This document shows, piece by piece, positions 51,649 to 64,000 of a DNA stretch of 64,000 nt. The notes beneath the pieces were generated by a model. It worked only from the letters and a program-made list of their open reading frames with translations. It was not told where the DNA came from and did not search any database. How positions within the stretch are numbered: position 1 is the stretch's first letter; each line of letters begins with the position of its first letter. This DNA is from Octopus sinensis (lineage: Eukaryota). The position numbers and the translations under genes were made by a program. The stretch spans positions 73,470,001-73,534,000 of the forward strand of contig NC_043003.1 of the NCBI RefSeq assembly GCF_006345805.1, read 5' to 3'.

Positions 51649-54064
51649 AGGAACTAGTCTTTTTAATTCGCACGAGCCCCTCTTTAATTTTGCGCAGATT
51701 GCTTTCAATTTTGGTGTATCAACGCAACACTGAATTTTGATTACGATCAACCAATTACTTTATCTCGTAACTTAAAGAATCTGATGTTATTTGGAATTAA
51801 AGTTGGGAAATTTAAGCAATTTTAGCCATTCAACAGACAGCGAGGGAGTAACATCTTGTTGCCATGATAACTGCACATTGTGTTGTGTTCCTACCGTATG
51901 CTGTGATGATTCTTCACACTTCATACCACGAGATTTACTTCACCCGCGTGTTTTCTTTTATAAAAAAATTATATTTGTCAATTTGAATTTTATTATTAAT
52001 ATTTTTCGCCAATTGTCTTAATATTTTACATATTTTTCATATATAGCACAAGTTTTTTGCGATGATTATACAGTTTTTTAGCATTGGGATGGTGAATGGA
52101 ATATGTGAACTTAGTACATATAATTTGACATTAATTTTCAATTCTGCATGCAAAAACATATAAGATATCATATTCATTTTCTTCGGACAAATTCTTTGCT
52201 GACCAGTGTTATTCTTATCGTAGTTTTCAAATGCAAGCACGAAAGCGTTACTCAACTTTGAATTTTTTGAGACAGATACCTTTTCACACACACACATACA
52301 CTCACGCTCACACGCACGCACACACGCACGCACACACACACGCACTTATATATTAATGATGTGCAGAAATACATGACAGGTAATCATAATACTCATAAAG
52401 TTAATAATACGCATAAAGCAAACATATGCAGACAAATATGTTGATATTACAAATTAAAAACTTATGATAAAAATATACATTAATTGAAAAAACAAAAGAA
52501 ATAGTAAGATGATACATGTTGGTTTTATTAGGTATTTCTGTTTACACAGAAACTTACAACGAAGAGGTCATTTCACAGAAGGCTAAACTATAAATTTCAC
52601 AGGGTACAACATTAAAGTCGACATCGCTCCGCTAAACGCGAAAATTTCTGTCTTACTATTGGCTATAAATATAGAGATTTTTCGATTCTTATACTCTGTA
52701 ATATTTTCCTCCAATTTTTTTCTCCACAACATCATAACTTTATGGCAATTAAACTGGAAACTTTTATTATTATAGCCGATTTTCTGATTTTTCACTGTCT
52801 TTTAAAAAAATGCATATTTTGCAGATGAAAAAAAAAAAGATCCCAAACAGATCCATAGGTAAAACCGCTAAACATTGTGGTCCCATCAGTAAATATTCGA
52901 AACGACGGGGAAAGTTTATTTGATTAAGTACATTTATATTATAAATGTCGTACTGTCCTGCTCTGTAAAGACGCTTTGTTATTGGGGGTGTATGTTTGTT
53001 TCCTGTCTTTAGTTAAAAACCATTGTCGAAATTCATCTACATTACATGTTTCACTTCGTTACAATTCAATATTCCTTCTGTGATTTTGTCCAGTATATTT
53101 TTTACGAATTTATGTCCCGCTTTGTCTCCTTGTTCTTCCTAATGATAACTTTTCGTGTATTTCTTGTTGTGGACTGTCACAGTTTCTTGCATCTCCGAAA
53201 ACCTCAACTGATTTTGATTTTTACAACTTTATTTAAATTTTTTTTTTTGCTTTTTCCTCTAGCCGTCTCTCTGAACATCTCCCCCTCTCTCTTTATTTCC
53301 TCTGCTTTCATATATGCCTGCTCTTGATACTACTTTACCAACGAGAGAGTTTAATTATCTCTTACATCACCCCGTGTTTTCCTCTGTCTTATGTCTGTCC
53401 CTTTTTGGCATTTACACTATTTGGATCACTATTTGGACCTCTTCTCTATGGGTTCCTGATCTCTAGAACTTAGTGCTGCTCCACGCTTTTCTCTTTAGAG
53501 CAATTTATGTAGTCAAAAGACAAGATAGGTTTTTATTTGTGATCTATATCCATGGATTAATTTTGCTTGATAGTTTGATGCCATACATTATGGTATTACC
53601 TGGTGTTCGAACTCATGCAAAACATTCAGGTCAACACTGATAAATGGAGGCTTTTGTTTATGTCATATTTTGATATCCTGTTATATAATCCATCGGTCTC
53701 TCAGGTCATTTAAATATAGCAACAATTGAAAGAACTAGATACAGATCGAGATTTGATTCAAGTTTCACACCAGAATATCAGTATTGTTTTCATTGCTGCT
53801 TAATTGCTGCTTTTGCTTAATTGTTTTCGCATTTCACTTAGTTTGTTTTCACTGCTTAGTTGATTTCGCTAGTTTGAGTATTGTTGCTCGACTCTTGAGT
53901 ACTGTTGTCCGACACTTTCTGCAGTTGCTACTGTTGAAGTTGTTGATGCAACAACTATTGCTGCTGGTGCTGTTGCTTTTGCAACTATAATATAGAATCA
54001 AATACGTCTTCTACAATCAACAACTTTGTATTACAAAAATTTGTGATCTGCGTGAACTTCGAAG

Positions 54065-54065
<1 letters not shown>

Positions 54066-54157
<92 letters not shown>

Positions 54158-54420
54158 ATGTATGTGTGTATTTATATATATATATTTATATATTCATATA
54201 TATATGTATATATGTATATATGTATATATATGTGTGTATGTATATATATATGTGTGTGTGCATGTATATATGTGCATATAAATATATAGATGTATATATA
54301 TGTATACATATATATATATATGCGTATATATACAAATATTTTCATATATGTATATGCATATATATACATATGTATATATACACACACAGACACATACACA
54401 CACACACATATATATATACA
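54066..54420. repeat. (TC)n/(TA)n and degenerate TA/TG tract
   Basis: Direct reading. Confidence 0.92.
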
Positions 54421-54424
54421 AGGG

Positions 54425-54564
54425 GCTTATTTCAGTTTCCGTCTACTTTGGTCGGCCCGAGGCAATAGTAGATGACATTTGCCGAAGGTGCCACACAGAG
54501 GGACTAAACCCGGAAGCATGTGGTTGGGAAGCAAGCGTCTTACCACACAGCCAATCTTGCACCT

Positions 54565-54565
<1 letters not shown>
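54425..54565 (-). mobile_element. SINE-like repeat, reverse orientation
   Basis: ggtgccacacagagggactaaacccggaagcatgtggttgggaagcaagcgtcttaccacacagcc resembles 28070-28150 and 61660-61715. Confidence 0.7.
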
Positions 54566-54600
<35 letters not shown>

Positions 54601-54621
54601 ACACACACATATATATATATT

Positions 54622-54654
<33 letters not shown>

Positions 54655-54712
54655 GTGAAAGTTTCAAAATTATAAACATAGATGTCCTCAAATATCTTAC
54701 GCAATCTGTGTG

Positions 54713-54745
<33 letters not shown>

Positions 54746-55497
54746 CTGTGTGTGTGCGTGTTGTGTGTGCGTGTGTGTGTATGTATATATGTATGTATGC
54801 ATGTATATATTGAATAGAATGGCAATCTCCTTTTTTCTTTTGAAACATCTGAATATTAAATATTAGAAAAAAGCGTGGAGGTGTTTCACTTATATGTTTG
54901 GGTGGGGATCAAATGTGTGGAAAAAGAATTTTTGAGCAAAGGTAATTTTTCCAAGAAATAGAGAGTGTATAGAAATAAAGCTGTATTTTTCAGATAACGA
55001 TAAACAACAGATGTGGCATTGCAGCTGTATCAGACATGAGTCTCTATTTTCTGCTGATTCTTATACATCAATGTAATTATAATTTTTGTTTTAAATGTTG
55101 TCAATGAAATGCTTCTAAATTACCTCACTACACAAGCTTTTGAAATGAAAGTATTGTTAACTGATATACAACTTTGCTTCTTTTCATTCTGCTTCTAATT
55201 GGACAGTTAAATGTTACTAAGAGTTACTTTTCTGTTTATATTACACTTTTAAATTATAATGATTGTAAAAAAAAAAAAAAACTTGTTTTCATTCAGCATT
55301 TCAAGTAAGCCAAGATGCTTTCTTGATATATTTCTATACTTGTATTTTAACCATAATGTTTACTTTTTATGTATAATCTATTTCGAAAGGAAATAAATTT
55401 ATTATATGAAGATTTTCGATAAAGAAATTTATGAAAAAAATGTATATTTAAAAACCGAAAGATGTCATACGTAGAGCCCATATCCTCATTTTCTGAA

Positions 55498-55815
55498 GGC
55501 GCATGGCTCAGTGGTTAGAGCGTCGGGCTGACAATCATGAGGTAGTGGGTTGTTTTCCGGCCTGGGCTGTGTATTGTGTTCTTGAGGAAGACACTTTATT
55601 TCACGAAGCTCTAGTTCACTCAACTGTAGAATTGAGTTGCGAGGTCACTGGTGCCAAGCTGTATCGGCCTTTGCCATTCCCTTGGATAACAACACAGAGG
55701 GTTGTATAGACGACCGCTGGTCTTCCATAAATAACCTTGCCCGGACTTGTGCCTCGGAGGTGACCTTTCTAGGTGCAATTCTATCATCATTCATGACCGA
55801 AGGGGGTCTTTATCC
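55498..55815 (+). mobile_element. tRNA-derived SINE, near full length
   Basis: A box TGGCTCAGTGG at 55504, decayed B box ggttgttttcc, then tgtgttcttgaggaagacacttt body. Confidence 0.8.
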
Positions 55816-57714
55816 TTATTTCACTTTACTCATCTAAGAATTCTATACAAAATTATTGAATAGTAAACATAAAATATTGGAATGGATTAGCATTTAAATA
55901 AAATCTCTTTGATTTACTCTAATTCATGTTCCTTGTACGTACTGAAAATGAAATGACAGCCACGTTGAAACCTGCGCGAGAGACACTAAAAGTGAAATTT
56001 TATGAATATATAGATGAAGTGAAATTAAGAGGTTACTATACACATTTTAGACCGAAGAGGAAGGATGGTCGTGGAGTTTTGCTTACGTTAGTATTCAGGT
56101 GTTATATCGGTCCAATTTAATAAAATGTCTATCTATCTGTCTGTCTGTCTGTCTGCCTGTCTATCTATCTATTTATCTATCTATCTCTCTATCTATAGAT
56201 AGCTAATTCCCTCCGTCGTTTTTGTGTGTGTGCATGCGTTTATAAAAATGAAGCCTGTTAATCAATTTGTAAATATACCTCCATACGTTAAATGTAAAAC
56301 ATAAAAAGTCATTTTATAATTCCTTTAGTAAGTGCTTGTAATGGAATTAGTTAACAGAGTGTCTTGAGTTGCTGTATATTTTAAGATTATTCTCTAGCTA
56401 ATTGAATATGTGAATATTTATTAGGAGAACACAGCACATTTATTCATTTAAAGAAATATATTTTAGATGTTTTGTCAAAACAGAATGGGAAATTATATTT
56501 ATTTCAATACCAAATCTCTATAATTGGATTCTTCACAATAGATTAATAGAATAATAATTTTTCTAAAAGATTTATTAAATAAGAAGCTATAAAGTATAAT
56601 GAAAATAAACCCAGAAAAATGAAATGCTTTTAAAAGTATCTATAATTGATAATATTGAGATGAAATGGAAACGGAAAGAAAATTGTGAAAAGAATGATTA
56701 GAATTGGCAATAAAGTATAAAAAAGTTAAGCAGAGAAAAAGAAAGTATGGACCTTTTAAACTAAACTATAGTAATGTTCTAGATTTTCGTGGAATTGTTA
56801 TCGCAACTTAGAAAACATTGTTTAGCAATTATTTAATGTAAATTAAAATCGAATCATTGTGTATTTCCAAAATCGTATGATGTTATCGATCTATAAAACC
56901 TATACAGATGCATACCTTCAATCACACAGAGAAACAAACGCCCATACCAAACACAGATATACATACATGCATACAAACACAAACATGCATGCAGACTTAT
57001 TAAGAGATAAACATACATATCCTCGTTCGAAAGCAAATCTTTCAAGTTAGAAAGGATTCTGGTAAATTAGAGAATACATATTCACAAATTTATGCATATA
57101 CATGTATATAGGTGTGTGCGTGTGTATGTATGTATGTGTGTATATATGTATGTGTGTATTTATGTATGTGTGTGTGTATGTGCGTGTGTGAATGTACATG
57201 CATATGTGTGTATATGTATAGACACATAAACGCACACATAGATTTATGCATATGTATTCTAATTGACATTGCACCTCTTATCTTACGAGCTTAGCTTACA
57301 TATTTCCGAAGGTAAGAATAATACTTTGATGAGTCTATTACCTGTAAAACACGAGAGAAATTTGCGGTCTTTCTTCCTTTGTAACCGCACATGTTAAAGC
57401 AACCTACTGTATCCTTCAACAAAATGTCTGAAACTTTATATAACTATCATAAACTCAGTTCATTATTTGCTAAATTTCGGTCAGTAGAGAATCATTTTTT
57501 TTCATTAGAAAGAATCCACCTTTTCATTCACCTTTGTTGAGTATAACTTTGACCAAGAGAAGTTTATATCATCAGAGTATATTGATAGACCACTGGGTGT
57601 TTCAACCCAGAAACTTAACAATTTATAAACACATATATCGTTAAATGATCAAATATACACACGCTGACCCATATACCTGTACACACAAATATAAATACAT
57701 GCACATCTATCTAT

Positions 57715-57746
57715 CATGTATCTGTCTGTCTGTCTGTCTGTTAGTG

Positions 57747-57836
<90 letters not shown>

Positions 57837-57859
57837 TCTCTCTATCTCTCTATCAATAG

Positions 57860-57911
<52 letters not shown>

Positions 57912-57930
57912 CTATCTATCTATCTATCTA
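57715..57930. repeat. (TCTG)n/(TCTA)n microsatellite
   Basis: Direct reading. Confidence 0.95.
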
Positions 57931-58772
57931 CACGCCTTTACCTATCCTTATCTACAACCTAATTTAAACTAACCCATATGGCGTAGTGTATGTGAATTCA
58001 TAAGTCCATATAAATAGATGCAGCGGTACAACTGCGTTTACACGAATTTTCCTCCACATAATTATGATTCATAATATGATTTCATATTTAGTTATATTAC
58101 TCTTAGATAATTGTAATTGACGTTTTGAGTGGAAACTCGTACCGTACGGTAAGAGTAAAATAATATTTTTTCGTTTCATAAGTAAGCAATAGTAGAAAAC
58201 AAGCAGGTAGAGAGAGATATTGTCATTCTTAGCCGTTAAAGAAATTATATGCTTGAAATATATTAGTTTTGAATAGTTTGTTTTGGCCTCAGGAGAGTGT
58301 CTGCGAAATATGGTAAGGTATTTGGAAATTAAACAAGAAGGTGTTTGGTAGGATTTAGCGTACATATTTGGTAAGGTCTTTGCTTGCTTGGTATGCGCCG
58401 ATATTTTCTAATTAATATTAAATAGCAAATATTTAAACTTTAATGTCCAATATATGTTTGTATAGTGAAGTGTCATTTTTCCTATTGCGAAATATATTTT
58501 TGTGTTGGTTCCTTCCTCCTTTATATTGGTATGCTATATAGGTGTTTGAAGCTGATTTTTTTAGTGTTTGTGGTTACCGATTACATTTATGTACAGTTAT
58601 TTGTGGAACAATATCTGTTTTGGCGAAGGATGAAGTGCAGTTGAAGATGCAGTTGATGTGGTTTTCGTTCTCCTGTTTTGAACATTTTAGGTGGTTACAA
58701 TTGCCTAGATATCTAATTGCTAGTTGTGGAGAATGACATTTACGGGTTGATTGTGTTTCTTATGTAGTTTGT

Positions 58773-58819
<47 letters not shown>

Positions 58820-59319
58820 GCTTCAGTTTCGTTTAGTCGATACTATTATGTGATCCTGTCTGCTTAATACTAACCAGAAGCTTGTTTATTGTAGTATTCT
58901 AGTACAATTGAAGGTTTGATGCTCACCTGATAACACATATTAAATTATAGCATACTTTTCAGAAACACTCCCAACTAGTAACCTTAATGTAATAAAGTTT
59001 TACATCCAAAGACACATCATCATTATACGAATGCAAAAAATGCTGAAACAACAATTTTCTTTCCCAAACGTCTAGTGTAGCTTTATGTAAACAACATTTC
59101 TGGGAAACAAAATCTGTCTGACGTCCAAAGCTATGGGAGACTTTAAGGGAAGTAATGAATAAATAAGATGCATATTGGATAGAACTAAAATAAAACTCCA
59201 GCTAATTTATTAGAAGCAGAATATGAAATACTGATAACACATTCATAAACACATGTGTCGGCATTCGCCTTTATACATACATATATACATACACACACAC
59301 ATACATGCGATCATATATA

Positions 59320-60290
59320 AAGGGTTTGGACAAAATAACGGAAACAACTATGATCTCGTATGGCAGGCTCTAGCGTAACGAAAACTGCCGAAATGTTTGG
59401 TGCATCAAGAAGTACTGTCTCGAAAGTAATGACAGCCTTTGAGGAAGAGGGAAACATCTTCTCGACGAAGCAAAAGTGTGGAAGAAAACTTTCAGATAAG
59501 GACCATCGGACTCTTAAGTGAATTGTTAGAAAGGATCACAAAAGTACAGCTCCCAAAATTACTGCAGAGAACCCAGTTTTCACAAAAACTGTTCGTAGAG
59601 AGCTGCACAAAGCCGGATTTCACAGGAGGGCTGCAATCAGAAAAACATTACTTTCAAAAGCAAACGTTGCAAAGCGTTTAGAGTGGAGTAAAAACCTACA
59701 GAATAATGGAAGATTGTTATTTTCTCGGACGAGCCATCCTTTACCTTATTTCCGACCACCGGCGAGTATACGTGTGGAGACAGCCAAAAGTAGCATTTGA
59801 CCCAGACCGCCTTCTTCCGTTGTTAAACATTGAGGAGGATCCGTGATGATCTGGTGGGGGGTATATCTTGGAAATCCGCCGGCCCAATGGTTTTCTTTTA
59901 TTGTAGAATTAATAGTGAAGTCTATGTAAACATTTTATCTGATAACATTTATCCCATGGTTGCGGAGGGAACAAAATTGTTACTGAATGGAACGAGAAAC
60001 ATTCTAGCGGAGTTGAACATCTTCTCTGGCCCCAGACCTCAATATTATTGAAAACGTATTGTGCATTTAATAAAAAAAAAAACAAGTAAGGAGTCGATAT
60101 CTTCCACCATCATCACTACAAGAACTGGAGACTGTTTTAGCTGAAGAATGGACGAAAATCCCTTTGGAAGCTGTTTACACTTTGTATGAGTCCATACTTT
60201 GTAGAATTCAAGCTGTAATTACTGCCAAAGTTGGGCCTACCCCATATTAAAATAAATTTGTTTGAAATTTTAATGTGTTTTCATCATTTT
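59320..60290 (+). mobile_element. Tc1-like DDE transposon relic
   Basis: Left end agggtttggacaaaataacggaaaca; SVTKTAEMFGASRSTVSKV (HTH); KTVRRELHKAGF; VIFSDEPSF; SVMIW-GISW; INSEVYVNIL; later ctggagactg/LYESI-like tail. The right TIR is eroded. Confidence 0.88.
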
Positions 60291-60292
60291 GT

Positions 60293-60351
<59 letters not shown>

Positions 60352-61569
60352 AGTATGTATGTATTACCATGTATGCTTATGTAAATAGACAGGTGTCTTA
60401 TATGCGTATATGTGCATTAGTGTGTGTGTGTGTAAGCGTTTATTCGTACTTGTCTGTCAGTATCTGTGATTGAAAGCGTGTTGCAATGCAATTACATATG
60501 GTATTGGGCACTGAATATTCGAAGATATCAGATAGGTTGCAAATTTATCAGTTAATTATTTTGATCAACGCTATCAATAACGCGCTACTTTTGCACTGCC
60601 ATCAAGTGCAAATCAATGATTACAGGTGCAGAAAGTATCAACAAATTCATCTAAAGTAACTTTCTCCCGCATGATAATTCAATTTTCGTCTAGTCTCCAG
60701 GTATGCTGCATTTAAGAATTTTTCTATTCCAGACTTACAAAAATGTTGCGACTTGATCGTGTATGCATTTCCATTTTTCAATGAACACAAACCTTGAAAA
60801 TGTGTTAGCTGATATAATTTTCTTTCACACCTTAATAGTTTCTTATGACTGAATACTGATACAATCCATAAGCAAACACCTTGTTTCAAATAATAAAACG
60901 TGAGTTATGAAATCTGAATCCACTAGTCTACAGATTATTGCTGTTTTTTGAGTTAGCCGAATGGGCTCTGAATGAGCACATCTATGAAAGGGATGTTAAT
61001 TATTTGAGACTTAACATTCGCGTCATAGTTTCAGCTCAGATACTTAGAATGATATGTATATTCATTTTCATAATTTATGGTTCATTTTGAGGTGCGTATT
61101 TGACTGCAAAGTCTAATGGGAAGAGCTGTCACCAAAACGATTCCTTAGTTAGTCAGCAGGTGGAAGACAGACAGCGCATTGAGGATTCGAATTAAGCATA
61201 ATGGAATTGTGCCTCATATTGTCCATTGTGGTGCAAGGTAGGAATATCTATGAGGTATCTAAGAATCTTAGAAGAAAAAAAAGATCTAAGCATCTGAGCA
61301 GGTATTTCAGATTTTATATAAACCTTAGGTGCAAATGTACCATAGAGGAAGTAAAATGAATGCGTCATATTTTCGTTAAAGGGTCGTAACATTTAATCTT
61401 GGAATGCAACAATACTTGTTTTAGTATTTTTGATTACGGCCATACCGCAGCACCATATTGAAAAGTTTTAATCGAACAAATCGATCACAAGATTTATTAT
61501 TTTAAGCCTAGTACCTATTCTATCACTCACTGAAAGAAGCCTGCCGTATATATATATATATATATAGAT

Positions 61570-61720
61570 ATACAACAGGCTTTATTTTCTGTCTACCAAC
61601 TCCACTCACAAGCTTTTAGTCGCCTCGAGGCTACTGGAGGAGATACTTGGCCTATTTTCCACGCAGTGGGACTGCACTCGGAAACACGATTGCGAAGCAA
61701 GCATCTTACCACATAAACAT
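61570..61720 (-). mobile_element. SINE-like repeat, reverse orientation
   Basis: ccacgcagtgggactgcactcggaaacacgattgcgaagcaagcatcttaccac. Confidence 0.6.
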
Positions 61721-61964
61721 TATAATGTATATATTTATTGTAGTTGTTTTTTTTTACCTCCAGCCCGTCCATCTTTAGTCATCCTACTTCTCCTTTTCTT
61801 TATTAACACTTCTTTTCTTTCTTTTCTCCCTCTTCTCTTCGTTCTTTATCTCAATTTTTATCATTAGTATATTTTCTAGCATTATTATGTTATTGTTACT
61901 TATATTATTCATTGTTATTGGTATTATTATAATCGTTATTATAATAGTATTATAATTATGATCT

Positions 61965-62122
61965 ATAAGTTTTACGTTCTGAGTTCAAATTCCGCCGGGA
62001 TCGACTTTGCCTTTCATCTTTTCGGTGGTCGATAAATTATGTACCAGTTGCGTACTGGGGTCGATCTAATCGACTGAAACTCTCCCCCAAAATTTCGGGC
62101 CTTGTGCCTAGAGTAGAAAAGG
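61965..62122 (+). mobile_element. Octopus-type SINE, 5'-truncated
   Basis: tttacgttctgagttcaaattccgccgggatcgactttgcc..aaatttcgggccttgtgcctagagtagaaaagg. Confidence 0.87.
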
Positions 62123-62566
62123 TTATTATCTATAAGTACTATTTTACTAACAGTATTGCTACAACAGTTTCAGTTACCGCTACTGATAATACTTCTACCG
62201 TTGTGACTACCAATACTACTGCTGCTGATACCACCAACAACACTAACAGACACACCTACAAGTACTGATGTTACTACTATAAATTGCAGTGTTCAGTAAA
62301 ACCGTTCCGTGGAACCTGGGAAGTTGACATAATTGTAAAAAGAACGTACAAAAGGCAGCTAAATACCAAAAGTCGACGATAAGTGACCAGCTTTGAGTAC
62401 GCAATCACAACGATTGACCTATGGCGACTATTTCATATCCCACATTGCAAACTGTATTTATCACCCAATAACCCCACAGTTTAGATGTAAAATCACGTTG
62501 AGAGCGACCAGGTGTAACTAAAATTGATAGTTTGGGTGTTTCTGCGAGGCTAACTCTTCAGCTTCA

Positions 62567-62648
<82 letters not shown>

Positions 62649-62699
62649 ATAGATGAGTGTAGTTTACCTTGTTAACAATTAACACGGATAAATGAATGA

Positions 62700-63850
62700 A
62701 TAGTTACCAGGGCAGCAAAATCTCACAAGTAAAGATGTTGTAACTCCTTGTACTTCCCATATCATAAACCGTTGACCAATCTTAAGTACATTAGCAAATT
62801 TAGTAATCATCCTGGAGCAATTACTAAGAATTTAGTTAAGAATATTTCATTTAGATTATCTAAATTATCTGCTAATGTTGATATTTTCAATAATAACGCT
62901 GAATTCTATAACTCTGCCTTAATCAAAGCAGGTTATACAAAAAAATTTTCTACATTGATTCTGCTCAGTCTAATTGTAAATTCAATAATGTAGATAAGAT
63001 TTCTAGTCGTAAAAGAATTATTGATAACAAACATAACTTACGCACCGATACAAAGCGAATGAAGGCAGATAACCCTTATTTATTCCCCTATTACCGATCT
63101 AAAAGTAAATATAACACCTTCAAAAGTAATTACACTATGAATACTAGTAAAAATATTTGGTTAATAATTCCTTACGGGAGACAAATTAAATCTAATCTCC
63201 CACTGCTGTTTCGTCAAGCTATTGCTAGGAATTTTCCAAATAATTCTAGATATTACTCTATAATTAATTCACATAAGGTTAGGATAGGTTTTTCAAACAC
63301 AAAAAATCTCTTGCAAATTATATCTTCTCATAATAACAAACTGTTAAATATTAATACATTTACTAATACTAACATTAATTTAGCTACTACCATCCAACCC
63401 TCTAGAAATATTAATAACAAGGTTATTGTATCTGAAGTCAATCCCAATAGAATTAAATTTATGTCAAGTAACTCTAAGATTAAAAATTCTATATACCAGT
63501 GTATAATCAGTACTCGTAATAAAGTACGATTTTACATTGGAAGCACATCGTTAGAGTTATCTAAGAGAATTTCTATCCATTACTCAACATTTAGAGATAG
63601 AAATAAACGGAATAGTACCGGTCTCAGCAAACTGATTTGGAATTTAAAAGACCACAATGAACAATTTCATTTGGAATGGTTGATCCTCTCAATTTCGATA
63701 CCATATGACAAAGGCAAGAAATTCTGTCTTCTCTGCAATTCTGAGCTATTTTTCATTATTTTTTCTAAACATATTCTAGTAAACACGGTTATAGAACGAG
63801 CATACAGATGTAAGCATTGGCAAAAGCATACTTTTAGTGCATATAAGTAG
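62700..63850 (+). mobile_element. PLE 3' portion (RT C-terminus plus GIY-YIG), 5'-truncated next to (TA)n
   Basis: ORF 62748-62993 (PYHKP..YISKFSNHP..ISFRLSKLS..YNSALIKAGY) followed by ORF 63059-63850. Confidence 0.85.
63059..63850 (+). CDS. PLE linker plus GIY-YIG endonuclease domain, open for 263 codons
   Basis: IYQC..FYIGSTS..KRISIHYSTFR..STGLSKLIWNLKD..CLLCNSE..CKH parallels the 42.1-42.6 kb endonuclease. Confidence 0.8.
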   Translation: MKADNPYLFPYYRSKSKYNTFKSNYTMNTSKNIWLIIPYGRQIKSNLPLLFRQAIARNFPNNSRYYSIINSHKVRIGFSNTKNLLQIISSHNNKLLNINTFTNTNINLATTIQPSRNINNKVIVSEVNPNRIKFMSSNSKIKNSIYQCIISTRNKVRFYIGSTSLELSKRISIHYSTFRDRNKRNSTGLSKLIWNLKDHNEQFHLEWLILSISIPYDKGKKFCLLCNSELFFIIFSKHILVNTVIERAYRCKHWQKHTFSAYK

Positions 63851-64000
63851 TCTCTATCATTATATATAGTTTAGACTTTAATTTCCTTTATATTTAACAT
63901 TCACTATTAATATCCCTACTCTTTCTGTTAGCTACTTATGACGTTATATCATATAACGTTTTTTTAAACAATATTAATAGCGTTCTGTCTATCGCTATAC

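Noticed and set aside
53784-53990. Leu/Gln-rich ORF
   Set aside because: Degenerate trinucleotide low-complexity sequence.
55498-55570. tRNA gene
   Set aside because: An A box is present but there is no cloverleaf, and it continues into a SINE body.
56051-56098. 48-nt microexon candidate TEEEGWSWSFAYVSIQ
   Set aside because: Weak donor (gtgtta) and polypyrimidine tract; such matches arise by chance.
60640-60760. Possible mariner 3' relic (SGIEK..GESYF, minus strand)
   Set aside because: Only a loose motif resemblance, with no TIR.

Overview
AT-rich, microsatellite-dense eukaryotic DNA. The interspersed-repeat families resemble octopus repeats; this is inferred from recall, not from a database search. 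No confident host protein-coding gene, rRNA, tRNA gene or CRISPR array was found. The window is mostly degraded mobile elements: a head-to-tail stack of R4/Dong-like restriction-endonuclease (RLE) LINEs at (AAT)n tracts (0.3-6.2 kb), tandem Helitron helicase fragments (9.4-11.4 kb), at least seven Penelope-like element (PLE) pieces from several lineages, mariner and Tc1 relics, a TA-flanked MITE and many tRNA-derived SINEs. The main signal is at 41.0-47.5 kb: three unrelated inverted-repeat (foldback) elements of about 3.8 kb, 0.15 kb and 0.73 kb. Each carries a type I hammerhead ribozyme motif in both arms, facing outward. The largest is a 5'-truncated PLE with inverted terminal repeats; the two smaller ones have little or no coding sequence. 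Further degenerate hammerhead-like motifs lie in PLE tails at 14.5-16.4 kb, 26.8 kb and 47.7 kb. All hammerheads were parsed by eye and no activity is shown. Boundaries of degraded elements are approximate (tens of bp).
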